A stretch of DNA of 64,000 bases from an uncultured bacterium. Its GTDB lineage: Bacteria; Patescibacteriota; Minisyncoccia; UBA6257; 2-01-FULL-56-20. Under the pieces are notes generated by a model. The model saw nothing but the letters and a program-made list of their open reading frames with translations, did not search any database and was not told the DNA's origin. A program made the translations under genes and the position numbers. The DNA lies in the NCBI GenBank assembly GCA_963725235.1, contig CAVRXN010000001.1, positions 40,041-104,040 on the forward strand, given 5' to 3'. This document shows positions 9,156 through 19,665 of the stretch, in pieces. The stretch's first letter is position 1. The number at the start of each line of letters is the position of its first letter.

Positions 9156-10160
9156 GTGAAAAGCATGAAAAAAACGAGAAAATATAGGTTAATCATCTTC
9201 CTTGCGACTTTCATCGTTATGGCCGGGGGCGTTTTTGGCGTTTTCATGTTGCTGGGCCATCTGAGCGGCGCAATGCATCCGGCAGCAGTTGCCGATATTT
9301 CGCAGGTCGTTGCGCCTGCTGTGTTGTCGCCCGCGACGGTTGCGACTATGACCGCGGCCGCTGCTACTGTTAAACCTCCGGTGAAAAAAAATGACCCACC
9401 ACCGCTCGAACCTCCTCCGCAACCATCATCTTCGCCCGACATGGCGTCGCTCGCGTTTTCGCTGAGCGGCTTGTCGTCGCTGCTTTCGCTGTTTAATCAT
9501 ATGACACCGCCGGTTGCCACGTCGACGGCGCCGGCAACGACAACTGCACCGGTGCCAACGCCGCCGCCGGTTGCGCTGGCCACGACAACCGTGCAGGCGA
9601 CAACAACCATAACCGTGCCGTTTTCGCAGAATGGATTTTCCGATATGGCGGGGTGGCAGAGGACGTGGGGTAGCGTGGCGGTCGCGAGTGATTCGCTCGA
9701 GATTGGTGCGACGACCTCGACGGCGGGGACGACGGGCGGCGAAGCGATATTGCCGGGATCGAGCGATTGGAATAACTATGTTTTCACGGCGACTATCGAT
9801 CTCGTTAGCGGCGAAACTTTTTCTCTTGAGGCGCAGCGCGACAGCGAGGGTGATTATTTTAGCTGTTCATTTTCGAACGGCGGCGATATCGACGACTATC
9901 TAAACGAAGGCGATAACCAATATTCACTCGCGTCGGGGCATGCGAGCGATTTCGCGTTTGGCACGCCGGTCACGGCGTCGATCAGGGTCGTCAACGGACA
10001 GGTGGCCTGTGCCTTAAATGGCGCGACGGTTCCGGAATCGGTTTCCTATGGATTGCCGACGGGCATGTTATCGGGTGGCGGCATCGGCGTTTTGGCATGG
10101 GCGCCGACGCCGGGAACGGCCGAGCTATTGCTCGAGGATATCTCCGTGACACAGCCATAA
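9156..10160 (+). CDS. secreted protein with Pro/Thr/Ala-rich linker and C-terminal beta-sandwich-like domain
   Basis: ORF track, 334 aa. Signal/TM at the N-terminus. No family assigned. Confidence 0.65.
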   Translation: MKSMKKTRKYRLIIFLATFIVMAGGVFGVFMLLGHLSGAMHPAAVADISQVVAPAVLSPATVATMTAAAATVKPPVKKNDPPPLEPPPQPSSSPDMASLAFSLSGLSSLLSLFNHMTPPVATSTAPATTTAPVPTPPPVALATTTVQATTTITVPFSQNGFSDMAGWQRTWGSVAVASDSLEIGATTSTAGTTGGEAILPGSSDWNNYVFTATIDLVSGETFSLEAQRDSEGDYFSCSFSNGGDIDDYLNEGDNQYSLASGHASDFAFGTPVTASIRVVNGQVACALNGATVPESVSYGLPTGMLSGGGIGVLAWAPTPGTAELLLEDISVTQP

Positions 10161-10198
10161 TTGCCACACGCGGCGCTTGTATGCTATGATGTCCGCAT

Positions 10199-10979
10199 AT
10201 GTTGAGTATTTCTCTCAGTGCGGAAACGCTTTTTTATATCGGCGCGATGGCCGGTGACGAATGCGCTTATTGCTGTCGACGATCGTTTTTGTTTTGCTCG
10301 TCGTTCTCGGCTTGATTTTGCGCAGCAAGCTCACGATGGTGCCCGGCATGATGCAAAACATTGTCGAGTATATTGTCGAAGGCGGCGCTTGATATAATGG
10401 ATACTGTCATTGGCGATCGGCGCCAGTCGGAAAAATATTTCCCGCTCGTGTTTACGGTTTTTCTCTTTATATTGTTTTCGAACTGGCTTGGGCTGCTGCC
10501 CGGGCATTGGTCGATCGTCGTGAATCAAGCCGGGCGGCGCGGCCGCGATTCCATTGCTACGGTCGCCGGCGAGCGACCTGAACTTTACGCTCGCACTCGC
10601 GTTGATCGCGATCACGTTCGTCAATGTCGTGAGTATCGCGGCGACCGGATTTTGGTCGCGTTTTTCAGTATTTTTTAATTTCAAGAGCCCGATCGACTTT
10701 TTCGTCGGCATACTTGAATTAGTGTCGGAATTTGCTAAAATAATCTCGTTGTCGTTCCGTCTTTTCGGCAACGTATTCGCGGGCGAGGTCTTGTTGGCCA
10801 TTATGGCCTACTTGGTCCCGTACCTCGTGCCGTTGCCGTTTATGTTCCTCGAGATCTTCGTCGGGGCGATCCAGGCATTCATTTTCGGAATGCTCACGAT
10901 CGTGTTCGTCGGGATGTCGCTTGGACATGCGCAGGACGTTGATCATGCGGATGCGCCGGAGACGGAAGGAGCGCATTAA
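10199..10979 (+). CDS. atpB: F0 ATP synthase subunit a, at least 4 frame disruptions
   Basis: Pieces in three frames join into MLSISLSAETLFYIG / WPVTNALIA / STIVFVLLVVLGLILRSKLTMVPGMMQNIVEYIVEGG / LDIMDTVIGDRRQSEKYFPLVFTVFLFILFSNWLGLLPG / LRSPASDLNFTLALALI...SLSFRLFGNVFAGEVLL (the conserved R-containing helix). Confidence 0.8.
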
Positions 10980-11030
10980 AAAGGTCGTATTCGAAATATA
11001 TTCGAAACATTAAATCTTCATTAAAACTCT

Positions 11031-11261
11031 ATGGATGCAGATTCAGTTCGTTTGTTATCAGTTGCCATTGTGATGGCGGTCGGTTCGATCGGCCCCGGAA
11101 TCGCGATCGGTTGGATCGGTTCGAAAGCTGCGGAAGCGATCGGCCGGAATCCGGAAGCCGCGTCGAAGGTGCAGACGATGGCGTTGCTCGCGATCGTGTT
11201 CGCGGAAGCCGTCGCCATTTATGCGCTCGTCGTCGCGCTTATTCTTAAGTTCGTTTCGTAG
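11031..11261 (+). CDS. atpE: F0 ATP synthase subunit c
   Basis: 76 aa hairpin protein with GIGPGIAIG and IVFAEAVAIYALVVALIL (carboxylate E). Confidence 0.9.
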   Translation: MDADSVRLLSVAIVMAVGSIGPGIAIGWIGSKAAEAIGRNPEAASKVQTMALLAIVFAEAVAIYALVVALILKFVS

Positions 11262-11300
11262 TCGTGTGGGCAGGAGCTTAGTCAGGTTGAACAAAAAAGT

Positions 11301-11802
11301 ATGGAACAATTATTGTCACAACTGGGTATCGACTGGAAGCTCCTGCTTTCGCAGGCGGTGAATTTTTTTCTGTTGCTGATCGTTCTGCGATTGTTCGTCT
11401 ATAAGCCGTTATTGCAGATGTTGCATGAGCGGCGCGAGCGGATAGAGGAGGGAATAGAGAAAGCGAAAGAGGCCGATATCCGATTGCTGGAGGCAGAGGA
11501 GATGAAGCGGAGCGAAAATAAAAGAGGGCGAGGCGACGGCGATGAGTATCTTGCGGAAGACGGAAACCGACTCGAAGGAGCTCGAAGCACGGATGTTGGC
11601 CGAAGCGAAAAAGAAAGAGGCGGCGGCGCTTGCGAATACGCAGACGTTGCTTCGTGCACGCGAAGAGGAGTCGCGTCGGGCTGCCGAACAGGAAGCGGCG
11701 TCGCTCGTTCGCCGCGCGATAACGCGGACGGTCGAATTGGCGCCGGATAAGATTGATGATGCTTTGATTGCAAAGGCCGTTCAGGAGGCAAAATCTGCAT
11801 GA
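11301..11802 (+). CDS. atpF: F0 ATP synthase subunit b, one frame disruption near 11530
   Basis: N-terminal TM plus coiled coil (ORF 11301...), continued in ORF 11542..11802. The stop overlaps the atpH ATG (ATGA). Confidence 0.75.
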
Positions 11803-12210
11803 AATATTCCATTCATGATTATGCGAAGGCGCTTGGACGAGGCGATTGCCGATTCCGCGGCGGGGCCGGTAGCGAAAAAAGAGGCGGTCGTCAAAAATTT
11901 TTTAACATTGATTCGCCGGAATAACGACGAGGCGCGACTGAAGAAAATTCTGGATAAGGCGGCGCGGCTTTGCGCGAGGGCGCGGACGCGGGCAAGTTGG
12001 GCGATGCGGCAGGTGACGATCCAATCGGCGCGGCCGGTCACCAAGGCGCAGGAAAAGATGTTGCGGATCATTCTTAAGCGCTGAGGACGTCGTCGAATAT
12101 GAGATCGATCCTGAACTCGTGGCAGGCGTCAAAATTATTGTTAACGATGAAATGCAATTTGATGGTACGATGAAGGCGAAACTGGATAGATTATTTGGTG
12201 CAAATTCTAA
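11799..12210 (+). CDS. atpH: F1 ATP synthase subunit delta, about 3 frame disruptions, 3' end approximate
   Basis: MKYSIHDYAKAL (11799), then frame 11815..12084, then VVEYEIDPELVAGVKIIVNDEMQFDGTMKAKLDRL. A TAATG junction with atpA at 12208-12212 is out of frame with the last piece. Position in the operon supports the call. Confidence 0.65.
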
Positions 12211-13756
12211 TGGCATACGAAATTATAGAAAAATTAAAAGCGGAGATCGAGGGCTATAAGGAAAAGCCGGAATGGGCCGAGATCGGCCGCGTCATTGAAG
12301 TTGGCGACGGCATCGTCCGAATTCTCGGATTGCGCAACGCGGTCAGCCAGGAAATTTTAATGATTGAAACCGCGAAAGGCGAGCGCGCGGCGCTGGCGTT
12401 AAATCTCGAAGAAGAATCCGTCGGCGCACTCGGTCCTCGGCGATTATCTTGCGATCGAGGTCGGCGACACGGTGAAGCGCACCGGCGAAATTTTATCAAT
12501 TGAAGTAGGAGACGAACTTATCGGTCGCGTCATCGATCCGCTCGGCGTCCCGCAGGATGGGCTTGGGCGAAATTTTTAAGAGGCGGCAAGAGCGCCGGCG
12601 GCAAAGCGCCCCAGCGAAACTTTTTAGAAGCCCGCGCGCCGTCGGTTCTCGAGCGCGAATCGGTCAACACGCCGGTCCACACCGGCATCAAGGCGATCGA
12701 TGCGATGATTCCGATCGGCCGCGGCCAGCGCGAACTTATCATCGGCGACCGCGCGACCGGCAAGACCGCCATCGCGACTCGATGCCATTTTGAACCAGGT
12801 GAACGACAAGGGCCGCCGCCCGATGGTTTGTATTTATGTCGCAATCGGCCAGAAAGAATCGAAAGTTGTGCGCATCGCGGAAACGTTGAAAAAATTTGAT
12901 GCGCTGAAATATTCGATCATCGTTTCCGCGTCGGCGTCGTCGCCGGCGGCGCAGTGGTATCTTGCGCCGTATGCCGGTTGCGCGATCGGCGAATATTTCA
13001 TGAACAAGGGGATGGACGCGCTGATCGTGTACGACGATTTGTCGAAGCATGCGTGGGCGTATCGCCAGATTTCGTTGTTGCTCCGCCGTCCGCCGGGCCG
13101 CGAAGCATATCCGGGCGATATTTTCTACTTGCATTCCCGCTTGCTCGAGCGTGCCGCGAAGCTTTCGAAAGAAAAAGGCGGTGGTTCGTTGACGGCGCTT
13201 GCCGATTATCGAAACCCAGCTCGGCGACGTGACGGCGTACATTCCGACGAACTTGATTTCAATTACGGACGGCCAGATTTTTTTGGAAACTGATTTGTTT
13301 AACCAGGGCCAGCGTCCGGCGTTGAATGTCGGCATTTCCGTTTCGCGCGTCGGTTCATCCGCGCAGACGAAAGCGATGAAAAAAGTTGCGGGCAAGTTGA
13401 AACTCGCGCACGCGCAGTTCCGTGAGCTCCAGGCGTTCGCGCAGTTTGCGACCGACGTCGACGAAGCGACGCGCAAGAAAATCTTGGCCGGCCAAAAGAT
13501 TAACGAAATATTAAAACAGGACGATCAGGCGCCGGTGCCGGTTGAGGAGCAGGTTTGCATTTTTTACGCCGTGCTGAATGATTACTTTGAGAGCGTTGCC
13601 GTTGAGGATATTCGCAAGACGGAAGCCGAGCTGATGGATTATCTGAGCAAGCTCCATGAGGACGATATTTTAAAGCCTATTCGCGAGACGGGAGATTTCC
13701 CGGCCGAGACGGAGGCGAAATTGAAAGAAGCGTTGGGGAGGTTTTTGGAGAGATAG
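12210..13756 (+). CDS. atpA: F1 ATP synthase subunit alpha, about 4 frame disruptions
   Basis: [16 protein letters not shown]...[16 protein letters not shown]; Walker [12 protein letters not shown]; [43 protein letters not shown]; [31 protein letters not shown]. The pieces sit in different frames (shifts near 12440, 12580, 12780, 13200). Confidence 0.85.
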
Positions 13757-13787
13757 GCGGCGTTTCGATTTAATGAAATTTTAATCT

Positions 13788-14810
13788 ATGGAATCGACCC
13801 AAAACCTCAAGCGGCGCATACGGAGCGTCCAGAATATTGGCCAGATCACGAAGGCGATGGAGCTGGTTGCCGCGACGAAGATGCGGCGTGCGCAGGAGCT
13901 TGCGCTTAATTCGCGCCCGTATGCGTATACCGCGCTCGAGATTCTCGCGGTCGTTTCACGATTGAAGGATTCGCAGGATGGCATCGCGATGCCGCCGTTG
14001 ATGCGGGAACGGGCGGACGAAGATCGCACCGGCCGGATGGCATTCATGCTCGTTACATCCGACAAAGGCCTCGCGGGTTCATTCAACGGCTCAGTGTTCC
14101 GGAAATTTGAACAGTATGTTCGTGAGAATAATATCGATCTGCACGCGCGCACCGAGGACGGGCGCGAGAAATATGTTTTCATCGCGGTTGGCCAAAAATC
14201 GAAAAGCTATCTCGAACATCGCGGCTTGTCGGTCGCGCAGTCGTTTACACACGTCGGCGACTTCACGCAGATGGAAGAGGTGAATCCGATCACGGATGCG
14301 CTGATCGATGGATATTTGGGCAGGCCGGCTGAACCGGGTGCCGAAGCGATCGCCGCGCAGTTCGATGAAATTGTTTCATTCTCGACCCAATTTATCACGG
14401 CGTTGAACCAGCAGGTCTTTGCGCGGCAGCTGTTGCCGGTGACTTTCGAAAAAGTGCGCGAGAGTATCGAGATGCTCATTCCGGCGGCCGGCCGTTATTC
14501 GAAATATCTCGAGACGACGTCGCTGGATGGCAAAGTGGATGAGAATATCGAGTATTTAATCGAGCCGTCGCCGCGCGAGGTGCTCGACGAGTTATCGCGC
14601 GCGCTGCTGCGGATCCGCGTGTACCATAACATCCTCGAGGCGAACGCATCCGAACATTCCGCCCGTCGCGTTGCGATGAAGAACGCGAGCGACAATGCGA
14701 GCGAGCTTTCGCAGGACCTCAACATCGTCTATAACAAATCCCGCCAGGCGGCGATCACGAACCAGATCATCGAAGTCACGAGTGGTGCGCAGGCGGCTGG
14801 GGTGGAGTAG
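13788..14810 (+). CDS. atpG: F1 ATP synthase subunit gamma (intact)
   Basis: 340 aa with IGQITKAMELVAATKMRRAQ at the N-terminus and SRQAAITNQIIEVTSGA at the C-terminus. Confidence 0.9.
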   Translation: MESTQNLKRRIRSVQNIGQITKAMELVAATKMRRAQELALNSRPYAYTALEILAVVSRLKDSQDGIAMPPLMRERADEDRTGRMAFMLVTSDKGLAGSFNGSVFRKFEQYVRENNIDLHARTEDGREKYVFIAVGQKSKSYLEHRGLSVAQSFTHVGDFTQMEEVNPITDALIDGYLGRPAEPGAEAIAAQFDEIVSFSTQFITALNQQVFARQLLPVTFEKVRESIEMLIPAAGRYSKYLETTSLDGKVDENIEYLIEPSPREVLDELSRALLRIRVYHNILEANASEHSARRVAMKNASDNASELSQDLNIVYNKSRQAAITNQIIEVTSGAQAAGVE

Positions 14811-14844
14811 GGAAGAGAATTAATAAAAATTTAATAGAAAAAAC

Positions 14845-14861
14845 TTTAGAAAGATTTAATG
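14845..14861 (+). repeat. 17-nt motif TTTAGAAAGATTTAATG (copy 1 of 2; second copy at 49297-49313)
   Basis: Exact 17/17 match read in both places. Each copy is preceded by an A run and followed 8-10 nt later by an extended -10-like TGnTAT box. Confidence 0.6.
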
Positions 14862-14883
14862 CACTTTTTGGTATGGTGATTGG

Positions 14884-15270
14884 ATGAAAAATCCAATTTA
14901 CGATAGCGATTATGAGGCAGTAAAAAAAGAGGCAAAGGAGTTCTATGATAAAATTGGTCGCGTTTGGTGCCCGGCATTTAACGATTATGTGGCTTTCAGG
15001 AAGGCGGGTTTTCGGCATCTTAGCTGGAAAGGAGGCGTCTTTCGTTTCAAGGGTGAGCAGCGGAGGAGGTTTGCTGTTTTGCCTTCTGCGGTAGATATTC
15101 TTCAAAAGAAAAACTCTGAGCCGGTTTACAAAAAAGAAGGAAATGCAGAATTTTGGGCATTCACAGGGCAGCAGGACGAAGCGACTGTCAGGGTGATAAT
15201 TAGGCAAATAAATGGAGGTGAAAAGCATTTCTTCAGCGCTTTTCAAGAGAAACAAAAATCCACTCGTTAA
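14884..15270 (+). CDS. hypothetical protein (128 aa) in AT-rich cassette between atpG and atpD
   Basis: ORF track. Protein-like sequence (MKNPIYDSDYEAVKKEAKEFYDKIGRVWCPAFNDYVAFRKAGFRHLSWK...). A weak hairpin terminator overlaps the stop. No family recognised. Confidence 0.6.
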   Translation: MKNPIYDSDYEAVKKEAKEFYDKIGRVWCPAFNDYVAFRKAGFRHLSWKGGVFRFKGEQRRRFAVLPSAVDILQKKNSEPVYKKEGNAEFWAFTGQQDEATVRVIIRQINGGEKHFFSAFQEKQKSTR

Positions 15271-15451
15271 GAGTGGGTCTTTGTTGTGCTCGCCGTCAGC
15301 CTTTCAGATCTTGCGACCCGTTTTACGCCGAGCAGGGAGTGGATACCCGCGAGCATAGAGCCATTATAAATCAACGCTGATTTTTATGTCAAATGGCCTT
15401 TGCTGTTTGCTCTCGACAAAAATCTTTGCTATTATTACAAACGTTAAACCC

Positions 15452-16856
<1,405 letters not shown>

Positions 16857-16866
16857 TATAATTTAA

Positions 16867-17142
16867 ATGACTGATATTTCCGTACAAGATAACAGCACTG
16901 ATTCAATCTCTTATTTATCTTGGAAGTCCCGCAATTATTTTATTTGGGTTTTTCTGATGCCGTTTTTAATGATTGGATTATACATATTGATCCTTGTGGT
17001 TTTCCCGGCTATCGATCAGGGTACAGCATTGGGCTTGGCAGGAGTAATGATTGTTATGACTTTAGTGCTTATGATTTTTCTTATCATAAAAGGCACGAGT
17101 TTACAGAGTGAGATTTCTCGCAAGAAACTTCAAAATAAATAA
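16867..17142 (+). CDS. small 2-TM membrane protein in AT-rich DNA between atpD and atpC
   Basis: ORF track, 91 aa, two long hydrophobic helices. Confidence 0.5.
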   Translation: MTDISVQDNSTDSISYLSWKSRNYFIWVFLMPFLMIGLYILILVVFPAIDQGTALGLAGVMIVMTLVLMIFLIIKGTSLQSEISRKKLQNK

Positions 17143-17146
17143 ATTG

Positions 17147-17164
17147 ATGCAACTCGGCGTCTAT
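17147..17164 (+). repeat. direct repeat copy 1: ATGCAACTCGGCGTCTAT (duplicate of the atpC start)
   Basis: Identical 18-mer at 17939-17956, which is the real atpC start (MQLGVY). Copy 1 opens only a short meaningless frame. Confidence 0.85.
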
Positions 17165-17179
17165 CCGCTTATTTTTTTA

Positions 17180-17212
17180 TTCATAAAAGAACGCTCGGCG
17201 AAATGCCGAGCG
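17180..17212 (-). terminator. intrinsic terminator of the antisense two-gene module
   Basis: Minus strand CGCTCGGC-ATTTC-GCCGAGCG followed by TTCTTTTATGAATAAAAAAA. Confidence 0.55.
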
Positions 17213-17253
17213 TATTGCGCGGAGCGCGCGATGGGATGTTGCTGAAAACTTTG

Positions 17254-17373
17254 TTATTTCCAGGTAAGGACCATGAAAAACCCTATGATGAAAATAATTC
17301 CTCCGGTCCATGCAAGGATATTGAGCCAGAAATGCTCTCTCCGGTAGGATTGTTTCAGTTTTTCGTCCATCAT
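17254..17373 (-). CDS. 39-aa single-TM peptide (MMDEKLKQSYRREHFWLNILAWTGGIIFIIGFFMVLTWK)
   Basis: Hand-found, below the ORF-track size cut-off. A strong GGAGG lies 6 nt upstream of the ATG, immediately downstream of the 17387 stop, and it is followed by the terminator. Confidence 0.5.
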   Translation of the reverse strand: MMDEKLKQSYRREHFWLNILAWTGGIIFIIGFFMVLTWK

Positions 17374-17386
17374 ACAGTACCTCCTT

Positions 17387-17872
17387 TCAAAGAAATTTTC
17401 GAATCATTGGGGAATCTAATGCATACCAGATTGTTAAGCATAGCCAAAGAAAAATGCCGATTCCGAATGGCCATCTGTAAGCAAACGTTGCAGGATAACG
17501 GTTGATCTCTGTAGCTTCCAGATCGCTGAAGATTGTGATTCGTGATCGTTGCACAGACATCGGCTCAGCTTGATCTAGCTGCTCAAGCTCTGTTAGTTTC
17601 TTTTCAAAGTATGCAATCCATCGAGTCGCTTGGCGACTGGCAACGAAAATTCCGACGTGGACGACGAGTCCAATGAGGCTGATCAGAAATTTAATCTTCG
17701 ACGGTTGGCTGGCGATGAATGTTGCCGGAAAGGCAATTGCGTTGAAGCCAAATAGCACTTGGACTCGTTGCCATTGTAGCTGAAGACGTCCATTGTACAG
17801 GGTTGCTATAGCGGTGTAGATATTGGGTTCTCCGTTTTGCACGGATCCTCCTCTTGTGAAATTCCTACCCAT
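17387..17872 (-). CDS. membrane protein (about 162 aa) encoded antisense to the atp operon
   Basis: ORF 17387..17944; likely start MGRNFTRGG at 17872. Two central TM helices, a coiled segment (EKKLTELEQLDQ) and a C-terminal TM. Family not recognised. Confidence 0.6.
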   Translation of the reverse strand: MGRNFTRGGSVQNGEPNIYTAIATLYNGRLQLQWQRVQVLFGFNAIAFPATFIASQPSKIKFLISLIGLVVHVGIFVASRQATRWIAYFEKKLTELEQLDQAEPMSVQRSRITIFSDLEATEINRYPATFAYRWPFGIGIFLWLCLTIWYALDSPMIRKFL

Positions 17873-17938
17873 AAAATACCATAATTTATAGAAATTGCAA
17901 AATTTTCTACAGTTTGATACTATTATCACCATAAACCC

Positions 17939-17956
17939 ATGCAACTCGGCGTCTAT
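17939..17956 (+). repeat. direct repeat copy 2 (start of atpC)
   Basis: See 17147-17164. Confidence 0.85.
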
Positions 17957-18193
17957 TCACTCGAAAAAGTTTTATTCCAGGGCGTTGCACGCGAGGTGAA
18001 TTGTCGTACGCGCTCTGGCGAGATCACGATCCTTGATCACCATGAGCCGCTGATATCGCTGCTCGACGAGGGGACGATGAAGGTTGTTGATGAGAATGGC
18101 GAGGAATTATTTTTTCCGGTTTCGGGCGGTTTTCTCGAGATCAATTCGCACGATGAAGTGAAAATTTTAGTAGAAGAAACAACCAAAAATTAA
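17939..18193 (+). CDS. atpC: F1 ATP synthase subunit epsilon (short form)
   Basis: 84 aa. MQLGVYSLEKVLFQGVAREVNCRTRSGEITILDHHEPLISLL matches the epsilon beta-sandwich region. Last gene of the operon. Confidence 0.8.
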   Translation: MQLGVYSLEKVLFQGVAREVNCRTRSGEITILDHHEPLISLLDEGTMKVVDENGEELFFPVSGGFLEINSHDEVKILVEETTKN

Positions 18194-18195
18194 CT

Positions 18196-18810
18196 ATGAA
18201 AAAACATTTTCCAAAAGTATTTATCATCTGGATTCCGTTCGCGGCGGTGATTACGTTCGCGTGCTTGCTTGGGTATGTGCTGGTTCAGCAGGATTTGCGG
18301 CAGACGGCCAATGATCCGCAGACGCAGGTTGCGGCGGATGTTGCGAGCGATCTTTCGCAGGGTGCGCCGGCGCAGGAGATTGTTCCGCCGGGCCAGACGA
18401 TCGACATGAGTTCGTCGCTCGATCCGTTTGTCATTATTTATGACGCATCGGGAACGCCGCTCGCATCGTCCGCGGCTTTGGAAGGCGAGGAGCCGCCAGC
18501 GTTGCCGGCCGGCGTATTTGTCTATGTCGCCGGTCATGGCGAGGATAATTTTACCTGGCAACCGGCGCCGGGCGTCCGGAGCGCGGTTGTCGTCGAGTCG
18601 TGGGAGAATAACGGCGAGGGCAATCCGGAGCTCGGCATCCCGACCAGTACGCCGGCTTCCGGTTTTGTGCTCGCCGGTCGCTCGCTTTTCGAGATCGAAA
18701 TGCGCGAGGATAGCGTTTTACACATCGCTGAACTCGCATGGCTTCTCGGCGTCATCGTGATGTTCTTTGTCATCTTCGGCGCGGTCGTTTGGTACGAAAA
18801 GAAGAAATAA
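18196..18810 (+). CDS. membrane-anchored hypothetical protein
   Basis: ORF track, 204 aa, with N- and C-terminal TM segments. Confidence 0.6.
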   Translation: MKKHFPKVFIIWIPFAAVITFACLLGYVLVQQDLRQTANDPQTQVAADVASDLSQGAPAQEIVPPGQTIDMSSSLDPFVIIYDASGTPLASSAALEGEEPPALPAGVFVYVAGHGEDNFTWQPAPGVRSAVVVESWENNGEGNPELGIPTSTPASGFVLAGRSLFEIEMREDSVLHIAELAWLLGVIVMFFVIFGAVVWYEKKK

Positions 18811-19076
18811 TGAAACCTATGAAATCTTTCAAGGAAAAAATATATACTGTCGTCGCGAAAATCCAACGTGGGAAGACCATGACATATAAGGAGGTTGCAC
18901 GGCGGGCGGGGAATGCCGCCGCGGCGCGCGCCGTAGGCAATATTATGAAAGATAATTACGATCCGAAAGTTCCATGCCATCGCGTCATCCGTTCGGACGG
19001 CGGCATGGGCGGCTACAATCGCGGCGGCACGAAGGCGAAAATCGCATTGCTGCGCCGCGAAGGTGCTATTAAATAA
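18810..19076 (+). CDS. ogt: O6-alkylguanine-DNA alkyltransferase (C-terminal domain only, 88 aa)
   Basis: MKPMKSFKEKIY...TYKEVARRAGNAAAARAVGNIM...VPCHRVIRSDGGMGGY carries the PCHR active site. The ATG overlaps the upstream stop (TAATG). Confidence 0.85.
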   Translation: MKPMKSFKEKIYTVVAKIQRGKTMTYKEVARRAGNAAAARAVGNIMKDNYDPKVPCHRVIRSDGGMGGYNRGGTKAKIALLRREGAIK

Positions 19077-19078
19077 AA

Positions 19079-19561
19079 ATGAAAACGACCGTTATTATTC
19101 TTGGGGTAGCTGTTGTTATCTTGCTCGGACTGCTTATTTTTATCCCATCGGCGAAAGGACCGGCCGCTGTGCCGGGTTCGGCTGTGGCAACTTCGACGAC
19201 GGCTGCAATGACCACACAGCAGCTTACTCTGTCGCCCGACGGCCATGTCGCCATTTCCTTGCCGCACGCCGGCGACCTCGTTACCTCGCCAGCCGCGATC
19301 GAAGGAACGGTGGTCGGCGGTGGATGGTTTTTCGAGGCGAGTTTTCCGATAACGATTGTCGATGCGGATGGAACGGTTTTGGGGCAGGCGAGTGCGCAGG
19401 CTCTTGGCGATTGGACGTCGACCGGCACCGTGCCATTCGCGGCGAGTGTTCCATTCACCACGCCGCATTCCGCAACCGGTACAATCTTTTTTGCGAAATA
19501 TAATGCGTCGGGCAATCCGAAAGATGTTGGGTCGTTCTCGATGGAGGTGCGGTTTAGATAG
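19079..19561 (+). CDS. secreted Gmad2-type Ig-like domain protein
   Basis: Signal/TM, then SPAAIEGTVVGGGWFFEASFPITIVDADGTVLGQASAQALGDWTSTGTVPF. Confidence 0.7.
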   Translation: MKTTVIILGVAVVILLGLLIFIPSAKGPAAVPGSAVATSTTAAMTTQQLTLSPDGHVAISLPHAGDLVTSPAAIEGTVVGGGWFFEASFPITIVDADGTVLGQASAQALGDWTSTGTVPFAASVPFTTPHSATGTIFFAKYNASGNPKDVGSFSMEVRFR

Positions 19562-19589
19562 AATGGCGACAATTTAATATAGTTTTCAT

Positions 19590-19622
19590 AAAAGAAAAAC
19601 CGCCCGAGCTTGCGCTGGGCGG
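19590..19622 (-). terminator. intrinsic terminator after 19666..19956
   Basis: Minus strand CCGCCCAGCGCAAGCTCGGGCGG followed by TTTTTCTTTTATG. Confidence 0.7.
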
Positions 19623-19665
19623 TGGGTTGCTGATTTGGGTCAGCGTCTACTTTATGCGGCTTGTT

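Noticed and set aside
12739-13476. Long ORFs antisense to known genes: 12739..13476, 15889..16572, 28864..29772, 42550..43248, 43669..44466, 50595..51341, 62004..62756, and several 100-170 aa ones.
   Set aside because: All lie opposite well-supported genes. They are Arg/Pro/Gly-rich with no motifs, which is the usual shadow-frame effect in GC-rich coding DNA.
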